Shown: positions 52,613-64,000 of the stretch, in pieces | Position numbering within the stretch: the first letter of the stretch is position 1 | How the letters are laid out: every line of letters begins with the position of its first letter | Origin: Octopus bimaculoides | Taxonomy: Eukaryota | Assembly (NCBI RefSeq): GCF_001194135.2 | Contig: NC_068990.1 | Coordinates: 40,056,715-40,120,714 of the forward strand | Length of the DNA stretch: 64,000 nucleotides | Reading direction: 5' to 3' | Notes under the pieces: model-generated | The model's input: only the letters and a program-made list of their open reading frames with translations | What the model was told of the DNA's origin: nothing | Databases searched by the model: none | Made by a program: the position numbers and the translations under genes

Positions 52613-53849
52613 ATATCCTTAGAGAGGGAAAGAGAGAGAATGATATCCATATATATGCATACATGCATGCATATATGTATGCGTAAATGTATGCATATAT
52701 GTGTGTCAATATATATATACTTTTTAATCAGATGAAATAGTGATAAATAGCTGCTGTAAACAATATACACAAAGTAAAACAAATTTATGTAACAATAGCA
52801 ACAGTAATCACCACAGCTGTAACAGTAACAACTGCAACAACAATAACGGCAACAACAACAACATCAATTGTACCAAGATCATAGAAATATAAAATTAAAG
52901 AAAAAAAATACATCAAACTTCTAGAAAAAAAAGAATGGATGAGAGACAGACAGAAAAAAGTGAAAGAAATTTTTGGAATTTCTCTCCATTTTTTCACTCC
53001 AAGACATTTTAACAAATAATTCCAACTGGAAAAAAAATGGTAAAATACAATGTAATTTCACAAAAGAAAAAAAATCCCTCTAAAAGCTGAAGAATTTTTT
53101 TTTACAAGAGTTTGTTTCATTGTGTGCGTCAGTATGTGTGAGCGTATATGTATATATATGTGTGTGATTGTGTTTATGTGTGTGTATGTGATTATGTGCC
53201 TTTGTGTATGTGAATTATATGCAGAGATGAATAAGTGTGTCAATGTGTTAATACTGATTTATGCGTGTGTATGCATTTGTATTCTGTTAGTTAATGGATG
53301 TGTGCCTATGTCACAGGAAATATAAATCTACCTATAGTTGTTAGTTAGGTATGAATGAGTAGATTTGAATAAATACAAGTGTGTATATGTATGGATGTTT
53401 ATTTGTGGGAGTGTGTCTCTATCCAGATGTGTCTCTTAGTATATATATTCATATATATATATATTTATATGTATATTTGATGATGTGCATGTATATTTTT
53501 GTATAGGTATGCATCTGCATTATCGTGTATGTGGAAATGTCAACAGAAATACATTGAGATATGGAGTGGTTGTGTATGTTTGCTTGACTTCAAGTACATG
53601 CAAACCTCCCCACACATTCACACAAAAATATACACATGCATTTGTACATAAGAGTGTACATGTGTGTGTCATGTGTGTGTTGAGATATATGTGCCTGATG
53701 AGAGATCGATGGGCTTGAAACTACTAGACTGAAAATTCTGTATTTAAATAAACCCCTTACTCTAATTTTGAATGTAACAAGTCCTCCCTTGTGTAAATGG
53801 TCTCATTAAAGCCTAGATTAAGGTAAGTCTCTCCTATGATGAAGATACG

Positions 53850-54010
53850 TTTTCATCATCATGATCATGATCATCACTATTTATTGTCTATTTTCCATGC
53901 TGACATGTTTTGGACGGTTTGGCAGGAGTTAACAAGCAAGGGGACTGCTCCAAACTCTTCTATCAAGCATACCCTTCCAGATACCAACTATTTACAGAGT
54001 GTACTAGCAC
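53850..54010 (-). mobile_element. Degenerate copy of the same V-domain-like SINE
   Basis: (CAT)n..TTTTCCATGCTGACATG.TTTGGACGGTTTG..ACCCTTCC. Confidence 0.5.
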
Positions 54011-55156
54011 TTTCTTCATAGCAGAGGCTCCAGTGCTCTAAAGCTACAGGATTTGGTGTATATATAAATGGATTCACTGCTTTTTCCTTTGGGACTATCA
54101 TATAAACACTTCTGATGAGGTTCCAATAAAGGACTAAAATTGTTTAAGATTGTCATTTTTTTAGTCTATAGTAAAATGGGTAAATTTGACAAACCTGTAT
54201 GTCTACAACATAGATTTGCATACGCACATACAAATGTAATTTGTAGATATATATATACACTCACATGCACACAGATTTTATATGTGTGTGTGTGTGNNNN
54301 NNNNNNNNNNNNNNNNNNNNNNNNNNNNNNNNNNNNNNNNNNNNNNNNNNNNNNNNNNNNNNNNNNNNNNNNNNNNNNNNNNNNNNNNNNNNNNNNNNNN
54401 NNNNNNNNNNNNNNNNNNNNNNNNNNNNNNNNNNNNNNNNNNNNNNNNNNNNNNNNNNNNNNNNNNNNNNNNNNNNNNNNNNNNNNNNNNNNNNNNNNNN
54501 NNNNNNNNNNNNNNNNNNNNNNNNNNNNNNNNNNNNNNNNNNNNNNNNNNNNNNNNNNNNNNNNNNNNNNNNNNNNNNNNNNNNNNNNNNNNNNNNNNNN
54601 NNNNNNNNNNNNNNNNNNNNNNNNNNNNNNNNNNNNNNNNNNNNNNNNNNNNNNNNNNNNNNNNNNNNNNNNNNNNNNNNNNNNNNNNNNNNNNNNNNNN
54701 NNNNNNNNNNNNNNNNNNNNNNNNNNNNNNNNNNNNNNNNNNNNNNNNNNNNNNNNNNNNNNNNNNNNNNNNNNNNNNNNNNNNNNNNNNNNNNNNNNNN
54801 NNNNNNNNNNNNNNNNNNNNNNNNNNNNNNNNNNNNNNNNNNNNNNNNNNNNNNNNNNNNNNNNNNNNNNNNNNNNNNNNNNNNNNNNNNNNNNNNNNNN
54901 NNNNNNNNNNNNNNNNNNNNNNNNNNNNNNNNNNNNNNNNNNNNNNNNNNNNNNNNNNNNNNNNNNNNNNNNNNNNNNNNNNNNNNNNNNNNNNNNNNNN
55001 NNNNNNNNNNNNNNNNNNNNNNNNNNNNNNNNNNNNNNNNNNNNNNNNNNNNNATATGCACGTATGTATGTATGTATGTATTTATGTATGCATGTATATA
55101 TATAGATATATATATACACTCACATGCACACAGATTTTATATGTGTGTGTGTGTGC

Positions 55157-55191
<35 letters not shown>

Positions 55192-55439
55192 TGTGTGTGT
55201 GATGATTAAAGTCACATGTGGGTAATATTACTGTATGAATACATAATTGCATGTATTTGTACATGTGCATATGCATGTATAACTCCGAGCGTATGCAAAT
55301 GTATGTATGTGTGTATGCATGTGTCAACTTCCTTTTTTTTTCTTTAACCTTTCCTTTCTCTATTCAAAGATCTTCAAGGATTTCTTTCAATATTTTTTCT
55401 TACCCATCAATTCTCTTCAACTTTCTTTTGTGCTTTTTA

Positions 55440-55462
55440 TATTATTATTATCGTTATTAATA

Positions 55463-55551
<89 letters not shown>

Positions 55552-55579
55552 AATAATAATAATAATAATAATAATGATA

Positions 55580-55619
<40 letters not shown>

Positions 55620-55633
55620 TAATAATAATAGTA
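55440..55633. repeat. (ATT)n followed by (AAT)n inverted microsatellite
   Basis: Strand switch at about 55549. Confidence 0.9.
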
Positions 55634-57184
55634 ATACTTTTTAGAAATTTTTATTTCTATTTCTCATTTCAACTGTGATCGTTTTTGCTTTTAGTTTATN
55701 NNNNNNNNNNNNNNNNNNNNNNNNNNNNNNNNNNNNNNNNNNNNNNNNNNNNNNNNNNNNNNNNNNNNNNNNNNNNNNNNNNNNNNNNNNNNNNNNNNNN
55801 NNNNNNNNNNNNNNNNNNNNNNNNNNNNNNNNNNNNNNNNNNNNNNNNNNNNNNNNNNNNNNNNNNNNNNNNNNNNNNNNNNNNNNNNNNNNNNNNNNNN
55901 NNNNNNNNNNNNNNNNNNNNNNNNNNNNNNNNNNNNNNNNNNNNNNNNNNNNNNNNNNNNNNNNNNNNNNNNNNNNNNNNNNNNNNNNNNNNNNNNNNNN
56001 NNNNNNNNNNNNNNNNNNNNNNNNNNNNNNNNNNNNNNNNNNNNNNNNNNNNNNNNNNNNNNNNNNNNNNNNNNNNNNNNNNNNNNNNNNNNNNNNNNNN
56101 NNNNNNNNNNNNNNNNNNNNNNNNNNNNNNNNNNNNNNNNNNNNNNNNNNNNNNNNNNNNNNNNNNNNNNNNNNNNNNNNNNNNNNNNNNNNNNNNNNNN
56201 NNNNNNNNNNNNNNNNNNNNNNNNNNNNNNNNNNNNNNNNNNNNNNNNNNNNNNNNNNNNNNNNNNNNNNNNNNNNNNNNNNNNNNNNNNNNNNNNNNNN
56301 NNNNNNNNNNNNNNNNNNNNNNNNNNNNNNNNNNNNNNNNNNNNNNNNNNNNNNNNNNNNNNNNNNNNNNNNNNNNNNNNNNNNNNNNNNNNNNNNNNNN
56401 NNNNNNNNNNNNNNNNNNNNNNNNNNNNNNNNNNNNNNNNNNNNNNNNNNNNNNNNNNNNNNNNNNNNNNNNNNNNNNNNNNNNNNNNNNNNNNNNNNNN
56501 NNNNNNNNNNNNNNNNNNNNNNNNNNNNNNNNNNNNNNNNNNNNNNNNNNNNNNNNNNNNNNNNNNNNNNNNNNNNNNNNNNNNNNNNNNNNNNNNNNNN
56601 NNNNNNNNNNNNNNNNNNNNNNNNNNNNNNNNNNNNNNNNNNNNNNNNNNNNNNNNNNNNNNNNNNNNATATATATATATACGTATATATATATATATTA
56701 TAATAAAGAATTCTCTAAATTCTAACTAAAATCATGGATCTAAACCAATTATTTCTTGCCACAATGAACACTTTCATCACCCTAATATACATGTTTCCTC
56801 TATTTTTTTTATAACAATACCTATATTCATTAAAACAATCCGCATTCGTTTTGGGCTTTTGCTTCATCACGAATCATGACGGACAGTCTTTGTATTCTAC
56901 ACCTCACCCCGACTCACCCACATTACACTTATCGTTAAATTCATTTTGTTTATCTCCACCCTTGATATTTGATTTTGTAATATGCTACATACCTTTGGAT
57001 ATACATACATACATACATACATACATACATACATACATAAATATGCACACACATTTATGTATCAATGTTATAAGCATATATACGCACAGCTGCACAAATA
57101 CACACGCATAAGACGTAAGTACATATATCTCTATACTTGTATATATATAGATATACATGCATACATACATAATACATACATACA

Positions 57185-57218
<34 letters not shown>

Positions 57219-57232
57219 CATACATACATGCA

Positions 57233-57680
57233 TGTTGTTGGCACTCTGTCGCTTACGACGTCGAGGGTTCCAGTTGATCCTTTCAACGGAACAGCCTGCT
57301 CGTGAAATTAACGTGCAAGTGGCTGAGCACTCCACAGACACGTGTACTCTTAACGTAGTTCTCGGGGATATTCAGCGTGACACAGTGTGACAAGGCTGAC
57401 CCTTTGAATTACAGGCACAACAGAAACAGGAAATAAGAGTGAGAGAAAGTTGTGGTGAAAGATTACAGCAGAGTTCACCACCATCTCCTGCCGGAGCCTC
57501 GTGGAGCTTTAGGTGTTTTCGCTCAATAAACACTCACAACGCCCGGTCTGGGAATCGAAACCGCGATCCTATGACCGCGAGTCCGCTGCCCTAACCNNNN
57601 NNNNNNGTCTGGGAATCGAAACCGCGATCCTATGACCGCGAGTCCGCTGCCCTAACCACTGGGCCTTTGCGCCTCCACTA
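57233..57680 (-). mobile_element. SINE family B inserted in (TACA)n
   Basis: Full length; about 50 bp duplicated across a 10-N gap. Confidence 0.9.
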
Positions 57681-57735
57681 CATACATACATACATACATA
57701 CATACATACAAACATACATACATACAAATCTGCAC

Positions 57736-58145
57736 TTATTCTATCCAGATTAGAAGTCCAGGTTTATACCTGTAATTATTGGGACACTGGGATATGTAAC
57801 ACACTGCTTAAATAACAATCTTGTGAAATTAGGCTCCTCAAAACCAGAATGGAGAAAGCTGATTCAAAGATGCCAAGCCATCAATGAAACTATAAAAATT
57901 TGTAGAACTTTCCAGAAGTTTATCATTTAAGTATATATGATCAGGTTTAGGTATGCAAGAATATGCACGAGAAGACGTACATAAACAAAACCTACAAATT
58001 TGCATGTATACATTCAAACATACAAAAATGCCCTGTTTTTGAGACTGAAATTCCAATGAAGGTGCCTTGGATCTAGTTTAGAAACCGGCTTTTTTCTATT
58101 GGCAAGAAATCTTGAAATAAAACTAAATAATTAAATACATACATG
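57736..58145 (+). mobile_element. Second 5'-truncated copy of the RLE LINE
   Basis: TTATTCTATCCAGA..AGGTTTATACCTGTAATTATTG..CTGGGATATGTAACACACTG aligns to 7474-7770; 3' boundary inferred. Confidence 0.8.
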
Positions 58146-58212
58146 CACACACACAGTATTAATATTATATGCATATATATATAAGCACAGCAGCACAAAC
58201 GCATATACATAA

Positions 58213-58271
<59 letters not shown>

Positions 58272-59014
58272 GTATAAACGATACATATATACCTTTATAG
58301 TTCATATATTTGATTTGCAAGATTCTTGATGTGAATTCGTGTGTTGAAAGAAATACTATTAAACCTTGGGAGGGTTATTATGCCACCAACAATAAACACA
58401 TGCGCTGGTGCATGTGTTTATTATTACAGGCATAATGCACCTCAAACAGTGGTCAAAATATGATCAGACATAATATTTAACGCTTTCTTATTAGCATGCA
58501 AATATATAGCAAGATTTCCTAAAGGAAGGGTTCAATAAGCCATGATATGTACACAAATTTTGATCAAACATCACCCACTTATGAACGGCTATGTTATCAG
58601 ACATTGATAAAATAACAAATGGCTGTCATACATTAATGAAACAATAATCAAACAACTACTGGACATATCTTGTTAATTTAGCAAACAAGCAGACGAGGAC
58701 TAACCGGGAATATTTTAATTTCATGAAAGTCTCGAAACAATGGTAAATGCTGTTAAATCTATTATTTAGGTGTCTTGGATAAAAACTACAATTCTATTCA
58801 GAAATTCATTTTAAATTCAAAATAGATATTTTAAAATATTCCTTCATATATTCTTATCAAAATATTAACCAGAATGTGAAATTATAATGAAACAATCGGT
58901 AGAGTAATAAAGCATTGAGAACATGTTGGTAAATCTCGTAGTTTCATTAAAATACATTGAAACTTATAATAAGGGAAAGAGTGTTGGAAAAACAAACATT
59001 ATTGATATATCAAG

Positions 59015-59450
59015 TCAAATATTTGTCAGAGATCGGTAAAATATTTGTCATACATTGGTCAAATAGATAGACGATTCATCTTGCATCGGTGAAAGATTGA
59101 TCAAACAACGGTAAAATACTGATTGGATATCAGCGAAAATTTAAATTCATCGATAAAAGAATTGGTAATATTGGACTAAACTGATCCAAAATTGATTTAT
59201 TGAAAACCATTAAAAGATTGATTCAATATCAGTAAAACATTGACTGACCATCGGCAAAAGATTAATCAGAAACATTGCTCTACATGGGTAAAACATTAAT
59301 CATATTGCGCAAATATCCATAACAATGTTTGGTCAGACATCGTCATAATATTGGCCAGTGATTGGTGAAAGCTTAACCATATGTTGTTAAAAGTTTAACC
59401 AGACATCGTTGAAAGACTGGTTAAACCATAGAAAACATTTGTTAAATGAA
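59015..59450. repeat. Old about 22-bp minisatellite (ATTGATCAAACATCGGTAAAA-like)
   Basis: Recurring ATT.RTC..ACATCGGT.AAA motif. Confidence 0.6.
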
Positions 59451-59587
59451 TATCAATTAAAATAACTCCAGTTAACAATGTAAAAACGGGGAAACATTAA
59501 GATATAGTCAATCGTCAGTTGCCACAGTAGTCAATCAACAGTCAATTAATAGTTAAAGTAGTGAAACAATTGTCAGTAGTTCTAGTA

Positions 59588-59975
59588 TTGTTGTTGTTGG
59601 CACTCCGTCGCTTACGACGTCGAGGGTACCAGTCGATCCGATCAGCAGAACAGCCTGCTCATGAAATTAACGTGCAAGTGGCTGAGCACTCCACAGACGC
59701 GTGTACCCTTAACGTAGTTCTTGGGGATATTCAGCATGACACAGTGTGACAAGGCTGGCCCTATGAAATACAGGTACAACAGAAACAGGAAGAAAGAGTG
59801 AGAGAAAGTTGTGGTGGAAGAGTACAGCAGGGTTCGCCACCATCCCCTGCCGGAGCCACGTGGAGCTTTAGGTGTTTTCACTCAATAAACACCCACAACG
59901 CCCGGTCTGGGAATCGAAACCGCGATCCTATGACCGCGAGTCCGCTGCCCTAACCACTGGGCCATTGTGCCTCCA
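59588..59975 (-). mobile_element. SINE family B, full length with TSD
   Basis: Head box A TGGCCCAGTGG and box B GTTTCGATTCC; TSD CAGTAGTTCTAGTA at 59574-59587 and 59976-59989. Confidence 0.95.
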
Positions 59976-61203
59976 CAGTAGTTCTAGTAATCCAACAACA
60001 ACAACCAAACAACAGGCAATTAATAGTAACAGCAAACAACAAACAACTGGCAGTTTTAACATCAATCAAGTGATATTCATCTAGCAGTTACAGTATTGCA
60101 TAGTTAAATTCTAAACCTTCAGGTGTTACTCAAACAGAAAATAAGATTAATAGTTCAACCGAATAGAAAAGAGTTAAGTCATAACTGACAGTCAGTTTGA
60201 ATTCATATAGCAGTTACTCATGAGTGACAACAGTAAATAATTAGCTATGATAGAACAGTCAAACAGTAATCAGACATGTAATTGATGCTGCTAATATGTA
60301 GTCACACAGCTAACAACAGTTTAACAGTGAACAAATGTCTGTCAGACTGCAGTTAAATGCACTATATCATTATAGCATAGCAACCATAAAGCCGGTAAAT
60401 AGCATTCACACAGCAATCACTTAGCAGTTAAATAGCATTCACAGCTCTTCTATATGGCAGTTGTACAGCATCTACATTGCAACTTTATGGCAATCAGCAT
60501 TTACAGTTCAGTCGAGTTAAAAAGATTCACGTCAAAACGCGACAACTAAGTAGCGAAAAACGAAACAAGAAAATCAAGAAAAAATATTTAAAAAAATAAG
60601 TATCCCTGCGTTTATTGAAATGTCAGTTTACCTTAACTACACACACACGCGCGCGCATATTCGTGTGTATGCATATATGTATATTCAAGTTGTAGCATTT
60701 TGTTAGGAACAATGTGTGTTCCAGTATTTGTGGTAATGTTAGCAACAAGAGTATTAACAATATATGTTATAGCGTTACTAACAGTGCTGGAGAAAGCATA
60801 TTTTGTATATTGTTATATATTGCGATGTTGCATTGTTGTAACAATTTTACTGGTAACTGGTTGTATTGTATTTTGTAGTGTTAGAAGCAATGAATGTTAC
60901 GGTGCAAGCTGTGGTTTTGGCAACGGTAAATGTAATCGTGAACGTTGTATTGTTCACCACAGCGCTACAGAAATACGTTGCGATGTTAACAATCAACGTT
61001 AAGCTTTTATCATTAACGCAGACGACTTTTCATTAAAGATGTAACTTTAACGGGTTAAAAAAAAAATTCATTGTTAACTCAATAAGTTTGTTAGTCTACA
61101 TTTAACTATATATTCTTCATACCGAGGACATCAACGAGATCTTTTCATATGTCATATTTCGAATATATTTTATTGAGGGGAGATCTGAAATTAAGATGAA
61201 AAT

Positions 61204-61572
61204 TCGCTTACGACATCGAGGGTTCCAGTTGATCCGATCAACGGAACAGTCTGCTCGTGAAATTAACGTGCAGGTGGCTGAGCACTCTACAGACACGTGT
61301 ACCCTTAACGTAGTTCTTGGGGATATTCAGCGTGACACAGTGTGACAAGGCTGACCCTTTGAATTGCAGGCACAACAGAAACAGGAAGTAAGAGTGTGAG
61401 AAAGTTGTGGTGAAGAAGTACAGCAGGGTTCGCCACAATCCCCTGCCGGAGTCTTGTGGAGCTTTAGGTGTTTTCGCTCAATAAACACTCACAACGCCCG
61501 GTCTGGGAATCGAAACTGCGATCCTATGACCGCGAGTCCGCTGCCCTAACCACTGGGCCATTGCGTCTCCAC
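61204..61572 (-). mobile_element. SINE family B lacking its 3' tail, with TSD
   Basis: TSD TAAGATGAAAAT at 61192-61203 and 61573-61584. Confidence 0.9.
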
Positions 61573-62242
61573 TAAGATGAAAATAATAAAGTAGAAAGAA
61601 AAATAGGTAAAAGAAATTATATTTCAACCCCGTCACCGAATCCCTCACTCAGCTACCGAAGCAGAGGGTTGCCAATTTTTGCTACTTAATTTAATCCAGT
61701 CGATACGAAATCAACAATAATCATGGAGGTTTCTTAGTTTAATTACTTGACTTGTGATCATTTAATGTTAAATACAACTTCAAGTACAGATCAACTCTGA
61801 TTCAATAGACTTATTTTTAATGGCGTTAAATCCTTGACCAACCCATCAATGCTAATGTGTTGCTACTGCTGTTTAACGTTAGATGAACTCTGAATATTCT
61901 GTTATATGATATAAGGCATTACATCTGTGACCATCCTGGCAATACGGCCATTACTTAGCCGTAGATGGGCTTTGTATATGCAAATTTATGGCTGAAGACA
62001 TCTCAACCGTGACAATCTGCTCTATATTTCAGTCAGTAAATCTATGACTATGTTATCCGATGTTTCCTTTCATTTTTAACAGAAATATATCGTTTGAGGC
62101 TGAGTTCGACTACTATTTCTCTCTGGTCGTGCGACCATGAAGGGACTCAGTCAGTGGAAAGGAGATTTCGTTTAGTTTCCGAACCTATCACGTTTTAAAA
62201 AGAATCTCCAACGCCCACCTGTTCTTGCAACGGTTCCTTTTT

Positions 62243-62520
62243 TATATTTAAGAGATGAGGAATTATGTACATTATTTATATTATTTAGATTTGACGGATA
62301 TTTGTCCTCGTTTCGGCCGATATACCCTCCAGCCTTAACTACTACGCCATATGTCCGTGGGCATATGGCGTAGTGGTTAAGAGCGCGGGCTACTAACCCC
62401 AAGAATGAGAATCCAGGTTCAAAATTACCACAAGACACCTGATGAAGGCTGGAGAGTATATCAGCCGAGACAACAAGACGAGGACAAATATCCGTCAAAT
62501 GTAAATAATGTAAATAATTT
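62243..62520. mobile_element. SINE family D, second divergent pair, internally deleted
   Basis: Centre CATATGTCCGTGGGCATATG; plus copy head GGGCATATGGCGTAGTGGTTAAGAGCGCGGGCTACTAACCCC (box A 62366-62376); both arms carry broken HHRs. Confidence 0.85.
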
Positions 62521-62572
62521 AAACAATGAACTCTTCCCTTTTTGCTGTTGTTGTTGTTGTTGTTGTTGTTGT

Positions 62573-62609
<37 letters not shown>

Positions 62610-63121
62610 AATGGTGATGACTATGATGATGATGATTATGATGATGATGATGTTTTTCATTGTTGTAAGTGTTGTCTTTTTATAGCAATAAAGTTAATGA
62701 TGAATAAATTGTAATACTTTTATTTAAATATTGAGAACTTTGTATGAATTCTCACAGGAATATATATGGCTATGAGTTGTGTGTGTATAAGTGTGAACGT
62801 GTGTATATGCGTTAATATGCATGTACATGTATCTATCCATCCATCTATCTGTCTATCTATTTGTCTTTCTGTCTGTCTGTCGTCTTTTTGAATGTATGTA
62901 TTACGTATGTATGCATGTATGTATGTATGTATGTATGTATTACGTATGTATGTATGTATGTATGTATGTATGATTGTATGCGTGCCTGGGAACATATCAA
63001 GTATACTAATGGTTATATATGCGTATGCGTAACTAAATCTAATTTACAGGAATTTCCAATCGTTTATATCCGTATGTGTTTATGTGACACGTGAATATGT
63101 CTGAGTGACATATGTAAATGT

Positions 63122-63173
<52 letters not shown>

Positions 63174-63950
63174 GATGCATGTGTGCGAGTGTGTGAGCGT
63201 ATGAATGTGTGTGCATTTTAACATTTACGTATATACATATACTTACACAAAACTATACACAATTTCACATTTGAAAATAAAAAATTTAACGCATATACGT
63301 CAGCACACAGACAGTTCGTTCTTTTCTCATTCTTTTCTATTTAATTTAATACATGCCATGTTCTTTGATTTACTTAAGTTTTCCCTGAGTTCCTTTGTTT
63401 GCAGTTTGAAACCTTTTCCTAAATTAGCATATAATTTACATTTTCACACCGATCATGTTTTATTGCCACTAATTATTTTAGAATTTTTGGTTGGAGCCTA
63501 TTTAACAAATCATCGTCATCATCATCATCATCATTATTATTAATTACTTTTGTAAAAACAACAACAAAAAACATTTCTAATTTTGTTCTTTCACTATTGT
63601 TCAGAACTCTCTTTGATGTTTGTTGCTTGGTGAAAGTATTTTAGACGAATACACCGATTGGATCTATTTTAAAACGGGGGCCACATTTTTCATTAATGTT
63701 TTACGTAGTGTTTTTGGTACGGAAAGACTTTCAAACTTCGTATACTTATCTATTTTGTGTTATAGAACAGAAAAATATTTTTGTATTCTAATTTATTTCA
63801 TGTAAAAAATTGTCTTATTTCGATAATTTCAACCAATCACTGACAAGTATTCAGTTGTTTACATTTACTCCTTTGGCTGATTAAGCGATGTAAAGCGTAT
63901 TTAATCTCCATACCTTCGTTTTATTTGCTTTTTTCATTTTAAATTTGCTT

Positions 63951-64000
63951 TAACCCTAACCCTAACCCTAACCCTAGGGTTAGGGTTAGGGTTAGGGTTA
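63951..64000. repeat. Palindromic telomere-type repeat (TAACCC)4-TA-(GGGTTA)4
   Basis: Perfect 50-bp palindrome centred on CCTAGG, runs to window end. Confidence 0.95.

Noticed and set aside
53688-53730. HHR-like CTGATGAGAG..CTTGAAACTACTAG
   Set aside because: Lacks U16.1 and stem I cannot form
57546-57656. Tandem duplication in SINE B (similar cases at 50767-50885 and 54243-55150)
   Set aside because: Identical sequence on both sides of an N gap, typical of unmerged contig overlaps
59900-59976. tRNA genes at SINE heads (also 62359-62403 and family A heads)
   Set aside because: Box A/B present but no acceptor stem; they continue into multicopy SINE bodies
62062-62150. Candidate micro-exons with plausible splice sites (also 2199-2223, 6555-6593, 10658-10687)
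   Set aside because: AG/GT signals alone are common; no recognisable protein and no consistent reading frame across them
63951-64000. Chromosome end-to-end fusion scar
   Set aside because: Repeat order is the reverse of a fusion junction

Overview
AT-rich (eukaryotic) draft-assembly DNA with many N gaps, dense microsatellites and transposable-element debris. I could not identify a host protein-coding gene with confidence. The SINE families look like those I know from Octopus, so the source is probably an octopod cephalopod (inference; no search run). Content: four tRNA-headed SINE families (called A-D here) in many copies; remnants of RLE (R4/Dong-like), RTE, CR1 and Penelope-like (PLE) retroelements; three mariner remnants; a Helitron helicase remnant; hAT and other MITEs; and a palindromic telomere-repeat junction at the window end. 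The main observation is that three unrelated inverted-repeat structures (14.8-15.2 kb, 15.35-15.68 kb, 40.3-40.6 kb) each contain a minimal type I hammerhead ribozyme (HHR) fold with a palindromic stem III. A fourth (15.96-16.38 kb) has a weaker HHR-like core. One HHR lies just upstream of a PLE reverse-transcriptase remnant and another is in the body of a tRNA-headed SINE. All folds and alignments were done by eye; element boundaries are approximate to about 10 bp unless target-site duplications (TSDs) are given.
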